Positions 19,020 to 27,692 of a stretch of 49,901 nt of DNA are shown piece by piece (within the stretch, counting starts at the first letter, position 1; every line of letters begins with the position of its first letter). The notes under the pieces are model-generated. The model was not told the origin of the DNA, did no database searches, and saw only the letters and a program-made list of their open reading frames with translations. The translations under genes were made by a program, and so were the position numbers. Source of the stretch: Patescibacteria group bacterium (GTDB taxonomy: Bacteria > Patescibacteriota > Minisyncoccia > Phycocordibacterales > Zambryskibacteraceae); the NCBI GenBank assembly GCA_038058745.1, contig JBBUAI010000014.1, positions 1-49,901 on the forward strand, written 5' to 3'.

Positions 19020-19033
19020 GTTATATTAGCCGC

Positions 19034-20737
19034 ATGCAATACAAGGTCTTATTAACCACTTCCGGAACGGGTTCGCGGCTAGGGGAATTGACCAAGAATA
19101 CTAATAAGGCGCTCGTGCCCGTCAACGGGCGGCCTACTATCGAATATGTTCTGGATTTGTATCCGAAGGATATTACGTTCGTAGTCACTCTCGGTTATCT
19201 GGGCCAGAGCGTGAAGGATTATCTGCTCAAAAATTACCAAGACAGAAATTTCGAATTTGCCTGGGTAGATAAATATGAAGGCCCTGGTTCAAGCGTTGGC
19301 TACTCAATGCTCCAGGCCAAAGAATATCTTCAGTGTCCGTTTATTTTCCACGCTTGCGATACGATTCTTACTGAAAAGATACCGGCACCGGAAACCAATT
19401 GGATAGGCGGCTATGTCGAGGATTGGCCGAAGAGCGAGATGAAAACGGACAGCTACAATACCTGTTCTGTCGAAAACGGCTATGTAGTGAGATTGAATGA
19501 AAGGGGCACTCCCGGCTTTGACGCCATTTACCTCGGCTTTGACGGCATCTTTGACCATAAACTTTATTGGGAAATATTAGAATCTCTCTATCAAGCTGAC
19601 CCGATGAGTTCCAAACTTCATCCCATTCAGGTTTTAAATGAAATGCTTAGAAGGGGAGTGAAATTCAAATTTACCCCGTATTCCGTTTGGCTTGATACCG
19701 GCAACCTTCCAGCACTCGCGAAAACCGAAGAGTTTCTAAAGACTTCAATGGACAAAAAAATCGGGTTAGTGATACAGGGGCCACTCATATCCATTGGCCG
19801 GACGGGGGGTAAGATGCGGCAGTCGGTGGAACAATTGCAGAAGGAAGGAGGGGTAATTCATTACGACTGCCGGGAGAATATCAATAAGATAATAAAAGAA
19901 TTCGGATATCTTTTTGATGAGATTGTGATTTCCACTTGGGACAATGAAGTGAAAGAGGGGGAAAATTTTCCAGGAGCCAAACTCGTTTCTCAACCCGACC
20001 CGGGCGGTATTAAACAAGCGGGACATTACAAAGACAATAATAAATACCGCCAATTTTTGAGCACTCACCTGGGTCTGGTTGAGCTTGAGAAAGATAACAT
20101 TGATTATGCGGTGAAAACTCGCACTGATATTTATCTTGATTTCGGAAAGTTGCTCGGTTCTTTTTTTAAAAACGATACGAAGAAGATTGGCGCGACTGTT
20201 ATGCATCCAAAAACTTTTTTGCTACATGACCTCTACTTCGTCGCAGAATTAAAAAAGCTGAAGGATTTCTGCGAAGCGATACTTTCATTCGATAGATTCG
20301 AATTTATCCCATCGGTCCATCGTGAAATGGTCTTAAAACATGCTTATGTCGAGTATAGGAATAAAATTGGCGTACCGGACTGGGCGTACTTCCCTGTATA
20401 TCCGCCCACGGGAGTAAATGCCGCAACAAGGAAAATTTTTGATTACATGTTTGAAAATGTTTATTTCTCTCTCCCACCATCTATATTTAAAGAAACATTA
20501 TGGCGCGGCACTTACTTCCCGGAAGACCATGTATCATCGCTTACCAAGGGTAATGTAAGTTCGAGGAAATATAATGTCCCGGCGTTCATTAGCACAGACT
20601 GGCAGCGTTATTTTGCTTTTCGCCAAGAGGTATATGGGAAGAAGATGGTGTTACAGGACAAAATTACCGCAAACCTCGGCAAGTGGGGGTGGGATTTGTG
20701 GAATCTCACTCGCAAGGTGGTCAATATGCTACGATAA
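19034..20737 (+). CDS. NTP-transferase domain fused to a WavE-like polysaccharide-synthesis domain
   Basis: Start moved to ATG 19034 (MQYKVLLTTSGTGSRLG), just past the terminator. The N-terminal domain is paralogous to that of 15661-17256. The C-terminal part (GLVIQGPLIS...ISTWDNE...YAVKTRTDIYLD) resembles the WavE LPS-synthesis family pattern. Confidence 0.65.
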   Translation: MQYKVLLTTSGTGSRLGELTKNTNKALVPVNGRPTIEYVLDLYPKDITFVVTLGYLGQSVKDYLLKNYQDRNFEFAWVDKYEGPGSSVGYSMLQAKEYLQCPFIFHACDTILTEKIPAPETNWIGGYVEDWPKSEMKTDSYNTCSVENGYVVRLNERGTPGFDAIYLGFDGIFDHKLYWEILESLYQADPMSSKLHPIQVLNEMLRRGVKFKFTPYSVWLDTGNLPALAKTEEFLKTSMDKKIGLVIQGPLISIGRTGGKMRQSVEQLQKEGGVIHYDCRENINKIIKEFGYLFDEIVISTWDNEVKEGENFPGAKLVSQPDPGGIKQAGHYKDNNKYRQFLSTHLGLVELEKDNIDYAVKTRTDIYLDFGKLLGSFFKNDTKKIGATVMHPKTFLLHDLYFVAELKKLKDFCEAILSFDRFEFIPSVHREMVLKHAYVEYRNKIGVPDWAYFPVYPPTGVNAATRKIFDYMFENVYFSLPPSIFKETLWRGTYFPEDHVSSLTKGNVSSRKYNVPAFISTDWQRYFAFRQEVYGKKMVLQDKITANLGKWGWDLWNLTRKVVNMLR

Positions 20738-20741
20738 TAGT

Positions 20742-22604
20742 ATGGATAGAAATACCCTTAAGCCGGTCATCTACACAGGCCTCTTTCTTGTGCCATTCAT
20801 CCCGTTTCTTGTCTCGAGTGAATTCTTTTTCCCCTTCATCACCACTAAAGCGTTCGTTTGGCGTATAATCGTCGAAATAATATTTGCCGCATGGGTTCTC
20901 CTCGCGCGAAACCACCCCGAATACCGTCCCAGGAAATCCGTCATCCTTTACGCTCTCGCATCCTTTCTCGCCATTGTCGGTCTCTCTGATTTGTTCGGCG
21001 TCGCGCCGATAAAAAGTTTCTGGTCGAATTACGAGCGCATGGAGGGATTCATTTCCCTCATCCATCTCGGAATGTTTTTCCTGATAATCGGTTCTGTATT
21101 TAAGGAAGCGGACTGGAAGCGCTGGTGGAATACTTCGCTTGCGGCATCGGCTCTGATGATTTTCTACTGTCTCTTCCAGCTTCTGGGCGCGGTTCAAATA
21201 CATCAGGGCGGCGTACGGGTGGACGGCACTCTGGGCAATGCTTCTTATCTTGCCGTCTATATGCTCTTCCATATATTCATCGCCGCCTTCTTCATGCTCC
21301 GCGAGAAAAAAGACACAACGCTTAAATGGATTTACGGTACTCTAATCCTTCTTCAGATGTTCATACTCTATGAGACAGCTACCCGTGGGGCAATTCTCGG
21401 TCTTCTCGGAGGTCTGGCCTTGGTGGCTCTCCTCAATGTAAGAAACAGGGAAAATAGAGTCATGGAGCGCGCCAGTATCGCCGTGCTAGTAGCTCTTATT
21501 GTCGTGGTTAGTTGGTTTTACCTCTCCAGGAATTCAAGTTTCGTGCAAAACTCGCCGGTGCTCGAACGCTTCGCGAATATCTCGACGGAGGAGCTGAAGC
21601 AGGGCGGCCGCTCATTCGTCTGGCCGATGGCTATCAAAGGATTCAAGGAGAGGCCAATCCTGGGCTGGGGCCAGGATAATTTCAATTACGTCTTCGACGA
21701 ACACTATGACCCTAGGATGTATATGCTTGAGCCGTGGTTTGACCGCGCCCACAATATCTTTCTCGACTGGATGGTGGCGTCGGGCATTCTCGGCATCCTG
21801 TCCTATCTGTCTCTTTATATAGCGCTTCTCTACTCTACCTGGAGAAAGGCCGGCTTCTCTTATTCGGAAAAGTCGATTTTATCAGGTCTTCTGGCGGCGT
21901 ACTTCTTCCACAACTTCTTCGTCTTTGACCAGCTGATAAGCTATATCCTCTTCGCGACTCTCCTGTCCTATGTGCATAGCCGGACGGAAGTTTCTCTTGT
22001 GAAGACGGTACCCGCGATAAAAAGCGGCGAGCCGTCTCCGCTCGCGGCGGCATTGGTACTCGGGTCCCTCGCCGTTTCCATGTATTGGATAAACATAAAG
22101 CCGATAATTGCAAACACCAGTCTCATCAATGCTTTGGTTCATGCCCAAGGTTCTCCGGAAGACCAGATTCTCTCCATCGCCGACTTCAAGCGAGCACACG
22201 GGGAGTCCCGCCTAGGACGTCCGGAAGTGGTCGAGCAGGTAGTTACCGCCACCCCTGGTCTTATCAGCGGAACTCTCTCGGTGGAAGAGAAAAACGATTT
22301 TTACAGCTTTGCCAATAATGCCATCGTCGGGCAGGCCGAAGATCTTAGCACGGACGCGCGCTACCAGCTCATCGCCGGAGTCTTTCACACGCAAACCGGT
22401 TCTCTGGACGAAGCGGTAAAGTATTTGACGCGCGCCAAGGAGCTTATTCCAGGTAAACCGCAGGTTTATATTGAACTCGCACGGGTTTATTATGCGAAAG
22501 GAGACAAAAACAAAGCGATTGAAACTCTGCGCTTCGTTTCAGAGATTGTTCCAGAACTTGCTCCGCAGATGGAAGAATATATAAGACAAATTCAAAATAA
22601 TTAA
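20742..22604 (+). CDS. O-antigen-ligase/polymerase-like (Wzy_C) polytopic membrane protein with C-terminal TPR region
   Basis: Start set to MDRNTLKPVIY (20742), 5 nt after the upstream stop. Wzy_C-type motifs YETATRGAILG and GWGQDNF...RAHNIFLDWMVASGILG. The C-terminus is TPR-like (AVKYLTRAKELIPGKPQVYIELARVYYAKGDKNKAIE). Confidence 0.75.
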   Translation: MDRNTLKPVIYTGLFLVPFIPFLVSSEFFFPFITTKAFVWRIIVEIIFAAWVLLARNHPEYRPRKSVILYALASFLAIVGLSDLFGVAPIKSFWSNYERMEGFISLIHLGMFFLIIGSVFKEADWKRWWNTSLAASALMIFYCLFQLLGAVQIHQGGVRVDGTLGNASYLAVYMLFHIFIAAFFMLREKKDTTLKWIYGTLILLQMFILYETATRGAILGLLGGLALVALLNVRNRENRVMERASIAVLVALIVVVSWFYLSRNSSFVQNSPVLERFANISTEELKQGGRSFVWPMAIKGFKERPILGWGQDNFNYVFDEHYDPRMYMLEPWFDRAHNIFLDWMVASGILGILSYLSLYIALLYSTWRKAGFSYSEKSILSGLLAAYFFHNFFVFDQLISYILFATLLSYVHSRTEVSLVKTVPAIKSGEPSPLAAALVLGSLAVSMYWINIKPIIANTSLINALVHAQGSPEDQILSIADFKRAHGESRLGRPEVVEQVVTATPGLISGTLSVEEKNDFYSFANNAIVGQAEDLSTDARYQLIAGVFHTQTGSLDEAVKYLTRAKELIPGKPQVYIELARVYYAKGDKNKAIETLRFVSEIVPELAPQMEEYIRQIQNN

Positions 22605-22882
22605 ATTTCCAAATTAATTCAAAAAATTGTTTTAAGAAAGTTATCCACACTTTTCTTTTTTCTCTATTGTACTCTTCGGTTTTGAGTAGATAATTAATAT
22701 AACCGCAGAGAAATTTAAAAACTGCGTACAATTTTTAAGGCAATGGCAAAGAAAAAAAAGTCTAAGAAGACAAAATCTTCAAAGAAGAGGCGACGCTAAT
22801 CCGCGAGTTCGCGGATGAAACAAGAAAAGATGCTCTGACGGAGCGTTTTTTCTTGTTTAAAATATGATAAAATGGGCTTTCC

Positions 22883-25345
22883 ATGGCCTTTTTAAAGAGC
22901 ATCTTCGGCTCTCCGGAAGAGAAATTGCTCAAATCTTGGCAACCCATCGTCGAGCGCGTAAACGCGCTTGAGGCAGAGTTTGAAAAACTTTCTCCGGAAG
23001 AGTTGAAGAATAAGACTTTGGAATTCAAAGAGCAGTTGAAGAATGGAGAGACGACGGAAGAAATTCTCCCGGAAGCATTTGCCGCCGTGCGCGAAGCCGC
23101 CAAGCGCACTTTAGGGCAAAGGCATTTCGATGTCCAGATTTTGGGCGGCATCGCTCTTTTCAAAGGCGGCATCGCCGAGATGAAAACCGGCGAAGGAAAG
23201 ACTTTGGTCGCAACTTTGCCGGCTTATCTCATGTCACTTACAGAAAAGGGCGTGCACGTGGTTACGGTCAATGACTATCTCTCGCGCCGCGATGCCGCCT
23301 GGATGGGAGAAATCTATGCGGCGCTTGGAGTCTCCGTCGGAGTATTAAACAGCAGTGAGTCATTTATCTATGATGAAACTCATACTGAAAAGAAGAAGGA
23401 CGAGGAGCGCGATAAGGCGGGCTCATTCCACGTCGTTCATGAATTCTTGAGACCCGCCGGAAAGCTTGAGGCCTATCGGGCGGATATCACTTACGGCACG
23501 AACAATGAGTTTGGCTTCGATTATCTGCGCGATAATCTTTTGTACGATAAAAATCGGCTTGCCCAACGTGATTATCATTACGCCATTGTAGATGAAATCG
23601 ACTCAATTCTCATCGATGAAGCGAGAACCCCGTTAATTATCTCTGGTAATACAGGCTCTGCCGGCGACTCTTACCTACGCTTCGCGAAGATTGCCGTTGC
23701 TCTCGAGGATGGAACCGATTTTACCGTTGATGAAAAATTGCGGGCGATTTCTCTTACGGACCAAGGCATAAATCATGCCGAAAAGCTTTTGGAAATCGAA
23801 AACATTTATACCGAAGGGGGAGTCAAATACGCTCATCATCTCGAGACTGCGGTCAAAGCGAAAGCCCTTTACCACAAAGACAAGGAATACGTGGTCAAGG
23901 GCGATGAAGTGATTATCGTAGATGCCTTCACCGGCCGACTCCAGCCCGGACGTCGCTGGTCAGAGGGTCTCCATCAGGCCATCGAAGCCAAGGAGGGAGT
24001 GCGAATCAAGGAGGAAAGCCGCACTTTCGCCTCAATTACCTTCCAGAACTATTTCCGCATGTACCAGAAGCTCTCCGGCTGTACCGGTACCGCTGTTACT
24101 TCCAAAGAAGAGTTTTACAAAGTCTATGGCCTTGAGACTTTCGTCATACCAACCAATAAGCCGATAGCGAGGAAAGACCATGACGACCTCATCTTCCAGA
24201 CGCAGGCCGGGAAGTACAAGGCGGTGGCGAGAAAGGTCAAAGAACTCAATCAAAAAGGTCAGCCGGTTCTCGTCGGCACGGTTTCCATCGAACATAACGA
24301 GCTCCTGTCGGCTTATCTCTCAAACGATGGTATCAAGCACGAACTCTTGAATGCCAAAAACCACGAGAAGGAAGGAGAAATTATCGCCGGCGGCGGCAAG
24401 TATGGAGCGGTAACGGTAGCCACAAATCTCGCCGGCCGCGGCATCGACATCAAGCTCGGCGGGAAGCTAGCCGCTCCCGAGGAATATGAAGAGGTAAAGT
24501 CTCTCGGAGGCCTCTTTGTCCTCGGTACCGAGAGGCATGACGCACGCCGGATAGACAATCAGCTCCGCGGCCGAAGCGCGCGCCAAGGTGACCCGGGAGA
24601 AACGCAGTTTTTCGTCTCACTCGAAGATTCGCTCATGCGCATATTCGCCATCGACGCCATCAAGAGCATGATGGGCCGCTTTAATATCGCCGAAGATGAG
24701 CCGATAGAGAACAAACTCATTACAAGCTCCTTGGAGAAGGCGCAGGAGAAGATAGAGGGCTTCAATTTTGATGCCAGAAAACATGTGCTCGAGTTCGACG
24801 ACGTGTTGAACTTCCAGCGAGGCATCATTTACGGCAAGCGAAAGAAAATTCTTCTGGGCGGCGCAGAAGAAATAAAAGAATATCTTCTTGAGGCGGGGGG
24901 AGATGTATCAAAGGTGCCATTTGACAAACCCGTCGTGGTAGAAGCGCTTCGCCGGGTCATTCTCCAGACTATCGACCTCTTCTGGGTCGACCATCTGGAG
25001 ATGATGGAGTACTTGCGCGGGAGCGTTAACCTCCGCGCATACGGCCAGCGCGACCCTCTCGTCGAATACAAAAAGGACGGCCTGCGCTTTTTCCACGATA
25101 TGGAGGCATCTATAGGCCGCCAGATTGCCGAATTTGTCACTACCCTTGATTTCGAGGCATTAACGAAAATTGACCTCTCCCAGCCCTCTCCTAGCCAAGG
25201 AGAGGGCGGGCGAAGCCCGGGTGAGGTGAATAAAATCGGGAGGAATGACCCCTGTCCGTGCTCCTCGGGCAAGAAGTGGAAAAAATGCGGTATGCTTAAT
25301 ACCCCCGAACATCAGGAGCGAATGGCCAAATTAAATTCTCAATAG
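22883..25345 (+). CDS. secA: Preprotein translocase ATPase SecA
   Basis: 820 aa. Walker A MKTGEGKT, DEAD-like VDEIDSILIDEARTPLIIS, TNLAGRGIDIKLGG, and the C-terminal zinc motif CPCSSGKKWKKCG. Confidence 0.97.
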   Translation: MAFLKSIFGSPEEKLLKSWQPIVERVNALEAEFEKLSPEELKNKTLEFKEQLKNGETTEEILPEAFAAVREAAKRTLGQRHFDVQILGGIALFKGGIAEMKTGEGKTLVATLPAYLMSLTEKGVHVVTVNDYLSRRDAAWMGEIYAALGVSVGVLNSSESFIYDETHTEKKKDEERDKAGSFHVVHEFLRPAGKLEAYRADITYGTNNEFGFDYLRDNLLYDKNRLAQRDYHYAIVDEIDSILIDEARTPLIISGNTGSAGDSYLRFAKIAVALEDGTDFTVDEKLRAISLTDQGINHAEKLLEIENIYTEGGVKYAHHLETAVKAKALYHKDKEYVVKGDEVIIVDAFTGRLQPGRRWSEGLHQAIEAKEGVRIKEESRTFASITFQNYFRMYQKLSGCTGTAVTSKEEFYKVYGLETFVIPTNKPIARKDHDDLIFQTQAGKYKAVARKVKELNQKGQPVLVGTVSIEHNELLSAYLSNDGIKHELLNAKNHEKEGEIIAGGGKYGAVTVATNLAGRGIDIKLGGKLAAPEEYEEVKSLGGLFVLGTERHDARRIDNQLRGRSARQGDPGETQFFVSLEDSLMRIFAIDAIKSMMGRFNIAEDEPIENKLITSSLEKAQEKIEGFNFDARKHVLEFDDVLNFQRGIIYGKRKKILLGGAEEIKEYLLEAGGDVSKVPFDKPVVVEALRRVILQTIDLFWVDHLEMMEYLRGSVNLRAYGQRDPLVEYKKDGLRFFHDMEASIGRQIAEFVTTLDFEALTKIDLSQPSPSQGEGGRSPGEVNKIGRNDPCPCSSGKKWKKCGMLNTPEHQERMAKLNSQ

Positions 25346-25346
25346 G

Positions 25347-25895
25347 ATGCCCGACCTTCATTTCGTCGAAGCGGTAAAGGATGTAGTGGTTAACCCAGCC
25401 GTCGGTAGCATGGTGCCACTCTTCATCTTCTCATTTTTGAACGACCTTATCGGCATTTTCCCGTTTGCCATCGCCTTGGCCGGGCAGCTCCTTTTTCTCA
25501 AGGAGCCATTTACCCTAGCCCTAGCTATGAAGCTTCTGGTATTCGTGGCTGTGCCGGTAGGCATAGGAAGCACCTTCGGTTCCATCCCGCTTTATGTGGT
25601 GGCCTATTTCGGCGGCAAGCCGGCGATTAAGAAATTTCACAGATTTCTGCGCTTTTCCTGGGATGATGTGGAGAAGATGAGCCATTACTTCCGCGGCAGC
25701 TGGTATGATGAAATCATCTTTCTTCTCTTGCGTTGTGTTCCGGTTTTGCCTTCAATTCCTCTCGATATCGCTTCAGGTATCATACGCATGCAATTTATGC
25801 CCTTCCTTGTCCTTACAATGGTCGGTTCCATTGTGAGAATGATGCTGACGCTTCTCGTTGTCGGCATGAGCTTGCACGGCCTGTCGCAAATCTGA
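25347..25895 (+). CDS. DedA/VTT-family membrane protein
   Basis: 182-aa membrane protein. YFGGKPAIKKFHRFL...LLLRCVPVLPSIPLDIASGIIRM matches the DedA pattern (G...l.r.g...RfiP..R....l.AG...m). Confidence 0.65.
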   Translation: MPDLHFVEAVKDVVVNPAVGSMVPLFIFSFLNDLIGIFPFAIALAGQLLFLKEPFTLALAMKLLVFVAVPVGIGSTFGSIPLYVVAYFGGKPAIKKFHRFLRFSWDDVEKMSHYFRGSWYDEIIFLLLRCVPVLPSIPLDIASGIIRMQFMPFLVLTMVGSIVRMMLTLLVVGMSLHGLSQI

Positions 25896-25918
25896 GTTTT
25901 AATCTATAATAATCAATT

Positions 25919-26287
25919 ATGAAAAAAGCTGTTTGGCTACTAGTGATACTGCTCTTGATAGGAGGCATCGTCTGGCTTATAAGGACTCCTGGCCGGCCCG
26001 GCAAGCTTGATTCATTCGCTTCCTGCATCAAGGACAGCGGTGCCCTTTTTTACGGCGCTTTCTGGTGTCCTCATTGCCAGAATCAGAAAGCGCTGTTCAG
26101 CTCTTCCGCGAAACTCCTGCCTTATATAGAATGCTCGACTCCGGATGGTAAAGGCCAGATTGCTGTCTGCACCGAGGCCGGCATTGAGGGCTACCCAACC
26201 TGGAAATTCCCGGACGGCACCATAAAGACGGGAGAAGTATCATTAGAAGATTTGAGTGAGCTTACCAATTGCCCCCTGCCTAAATAA
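25919..26287 (+). CDS. Membrane-anchored thioredoxin-like protein (VKOR-partner type)
   Basis: N-terminal TM anchor. FYGAFWCPHCQNQKALF...YIECS...C..AGIEGYPTWKFPDG resembles the Trx-like domain fused to cyanobacterial VKOR (YGAYWCPHCQDQKELFG...YVEC...GI.SYPTW). Confidence 0.7.
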   Translation: MKKAVWLLVILLLIGGIVWLIRTPGRPGKLDSFASCIKDSGALFYGAFWCPHCQNQKALFSSSAKLLPYIECSTPDGKGQIAVCTEAGIEGYPTWKFPDGTIKTGEVSLEDLSELTNCPLPK

Positions 26288-26296
26288 TCTCCTGTC

Positions 26297-26836
26297 ATGG
26301 TCTCTATTATTCAAATGCTCGTGCCTTATATCGTCTTGGGTTCCCATCTTCTCTTCACCATACTTTTTTTAGCCGTTATTTTCAAGAATTCCTGGGGTAG
26401 GAAGATTACCGCCTTTTTAGGCATTCATGGTATTGTCCTTGCACTCCTGGTCTTGCTTGTGGCTGTCGGTGGCAGTCTCTTTTACTCGGAAATTGTCGGC
26501 TTTGAACCCTGCCCTCTCTGCTGGTGGCAGCGGCTTTTCATTTATCCTCAACTGATTCTTTTTCTTACGGCGCTCAAATTCAAAGACCGGTCGGTCTTTC
26601 GCTATGCTTGGCGGCTTTCGCTGCTTGCCGCAATGATTGCTTTGTATCACCAGTACGTCTATATGGGAGGCGAATCCTTGTTGCCCTGCACGGCGCTCGG
26701 CGGCGCTTGTTCGAAAATTTATGTTTTCGCCTTCGGCTATATCACTATACCCATGATGTCTCTCACCATCTCGCTCTACGTCCTGCTTCTCGCCCGGGCG
26801 GACAGAATTTATCGAAATGAAAATTATCACTCATAG
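26297..26836 (+). CDS. Disulfide bond formation protein B (DsbB/BdbC family)
   Basis: Four-TM protein with EPCPLCWWQRLFIYP (the CxxC...QR signature) and a second Cys pair, LLPCTALGGAC. Confidence 0.8.
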   Translation: MVSIIQMLVPYIVLGSHLLFTILFLAVIFKNSWGRKITAFLGIHGIVLALLVLLVAVGGSLFYSEIVGFEPCPLCWWQRLFIYPQLILFLTALKFKDRSVFRYAWRLSLLAAMIALYHQYVYMGGESLLPCTALGGACSKIYVFAFGYITIPMMSLTISLYVLLLARADRIYRNENYHS

Positions 26837-27683
26837 CGGACACTTTCATCCCGACGAGCTTCTGGCTGTCGCGGCGCTTCTCTTGAAATATCCCGAGAGC
26901 GAGGTGGTGAGAAGCCGTGAGGAAAAAATTATAGAGTCCGGCGATATAGTCGTCGACGTCGGGCAGACATACGACACGAAGACACTTAAATTCGACCACC
27001 ACCAGTCAGAAGGCGCGGGTGTAAGGGAGAACGGCATTCCTTACGCTTCTTTCGGTTTGATATGGAAAGAATTCGGCGAAGAGCTTGCCAGCGGTAAAGA
27101 AGAAGCCGCAATCATCGAGGAGAAGCTGGTTATGCCAGCGGACGCTGGAGATAACGGTATTCATATTTACACTCCGCTTTTTGAAGGAGTTAATCCATAT
27201 ACTATTGGAGATTATTTTGATTCCTTTATCGACGGAGCCGACACCTTGGACGACCTTAATATGGCTTTTTTTAAAGCAATACCCAATGCTCAAGAACTTC
27301 TGGAAAGAGAAATCCGCGCCGCAAAGCGGGCGGTTTCCGGCTGGGAGAAGGTAAGGAAAATTTATGATGAGAGCAGAGATAAAAGAATAATCACGCTCCC
27401 GGGCAGTATTTCTTGGAAGCAGGTGCTTGTTCCGACAGAGGCGCAGTTTATAATTTCTCCACGTCCAGACGGCAAATGGAACGCTAAGGGGGTGCCGAAA
27501 ACCGTCCACAGTTTCGAAGTCAAAAAGCCATTTCCTAAAAACTGGTCTGGTCTGAAAGATGGTTTCCTAGCGGATATTTCCGGAGTGGCAGACGCCTTCT
27601 TCTGCCATAAAGCGCTTTTCATGGCGGTAGCGGGGACAAAAGAAGGAGCCATCAAGCTTGCGGAGCTCGCCTTAAACGCATAA
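26817..27683 (+). CDS. MYG1/UPF0160-family metal-dependent hydrolase
   Basis: N-terminus MKIITHSGHFHPDELLAVAALL and FDHHQ are the signature motifs of MYG1 (DHH-like) proteins. Confidence 0.8.
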   Translation: MKIITHSGHFHPDELLAVAALLLKYPESEVVRSREEKIIESGDIVVDVGQTYDTKTLKFDHHQSEGAGVRENGIPYASFGLIWKEFGEELASGKEEAAIIEEKLVMPADAGDNGIHIYTPLFEGVNPYTIGDYFDSFIDGADTLDDLNMAFFKAIPNAQELLEREIRAAKRAVSGWEKVRKIYDESRDKRIITLPGSISWKQVLVPTEAQFIISPRPDGKWNAKGVPKTVHSFEVKKPFPKNWSGLKDGFLADISGVADAFFCHKALFMAVAGTKEGAIKLAELALNA

Positions 27684-27692
27684 GGTTAAAGC

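Noticed and set aside
18992-19033. Longest-ORF starts at 18992, 20574, 46607, 3154, 1480 and 11502
   Set aside because: These N-terminal extensions run through a terminator hairpin (18992), the upstream gene's coding region (20574, 11502) or non-signal sequence (3154, 1480, 46607). Internal ATGs give canonical N-termini (MQYKV.., MDRNT.., MNDKF.., MRKFF.., MKKLI.., MLRAL..).
22641-22649. A single perfect DnaA box as evidence for oriC upstream of secA
   Set aside because: One isolated box with no adjacent box cluster or pronounced AT-rich unwinding tract is insufficient. I kept it only as part of the secA-leader observation.
22762-25272. Minus-strand ORFs overlapping secA (22762-23172, 24313-24558, 24559-24828, 24829-25272)
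   Set aside because: They are antisense to an unambiguous secA. Their translations are Ser/Arg/Pro-rich with no recognisable domains.
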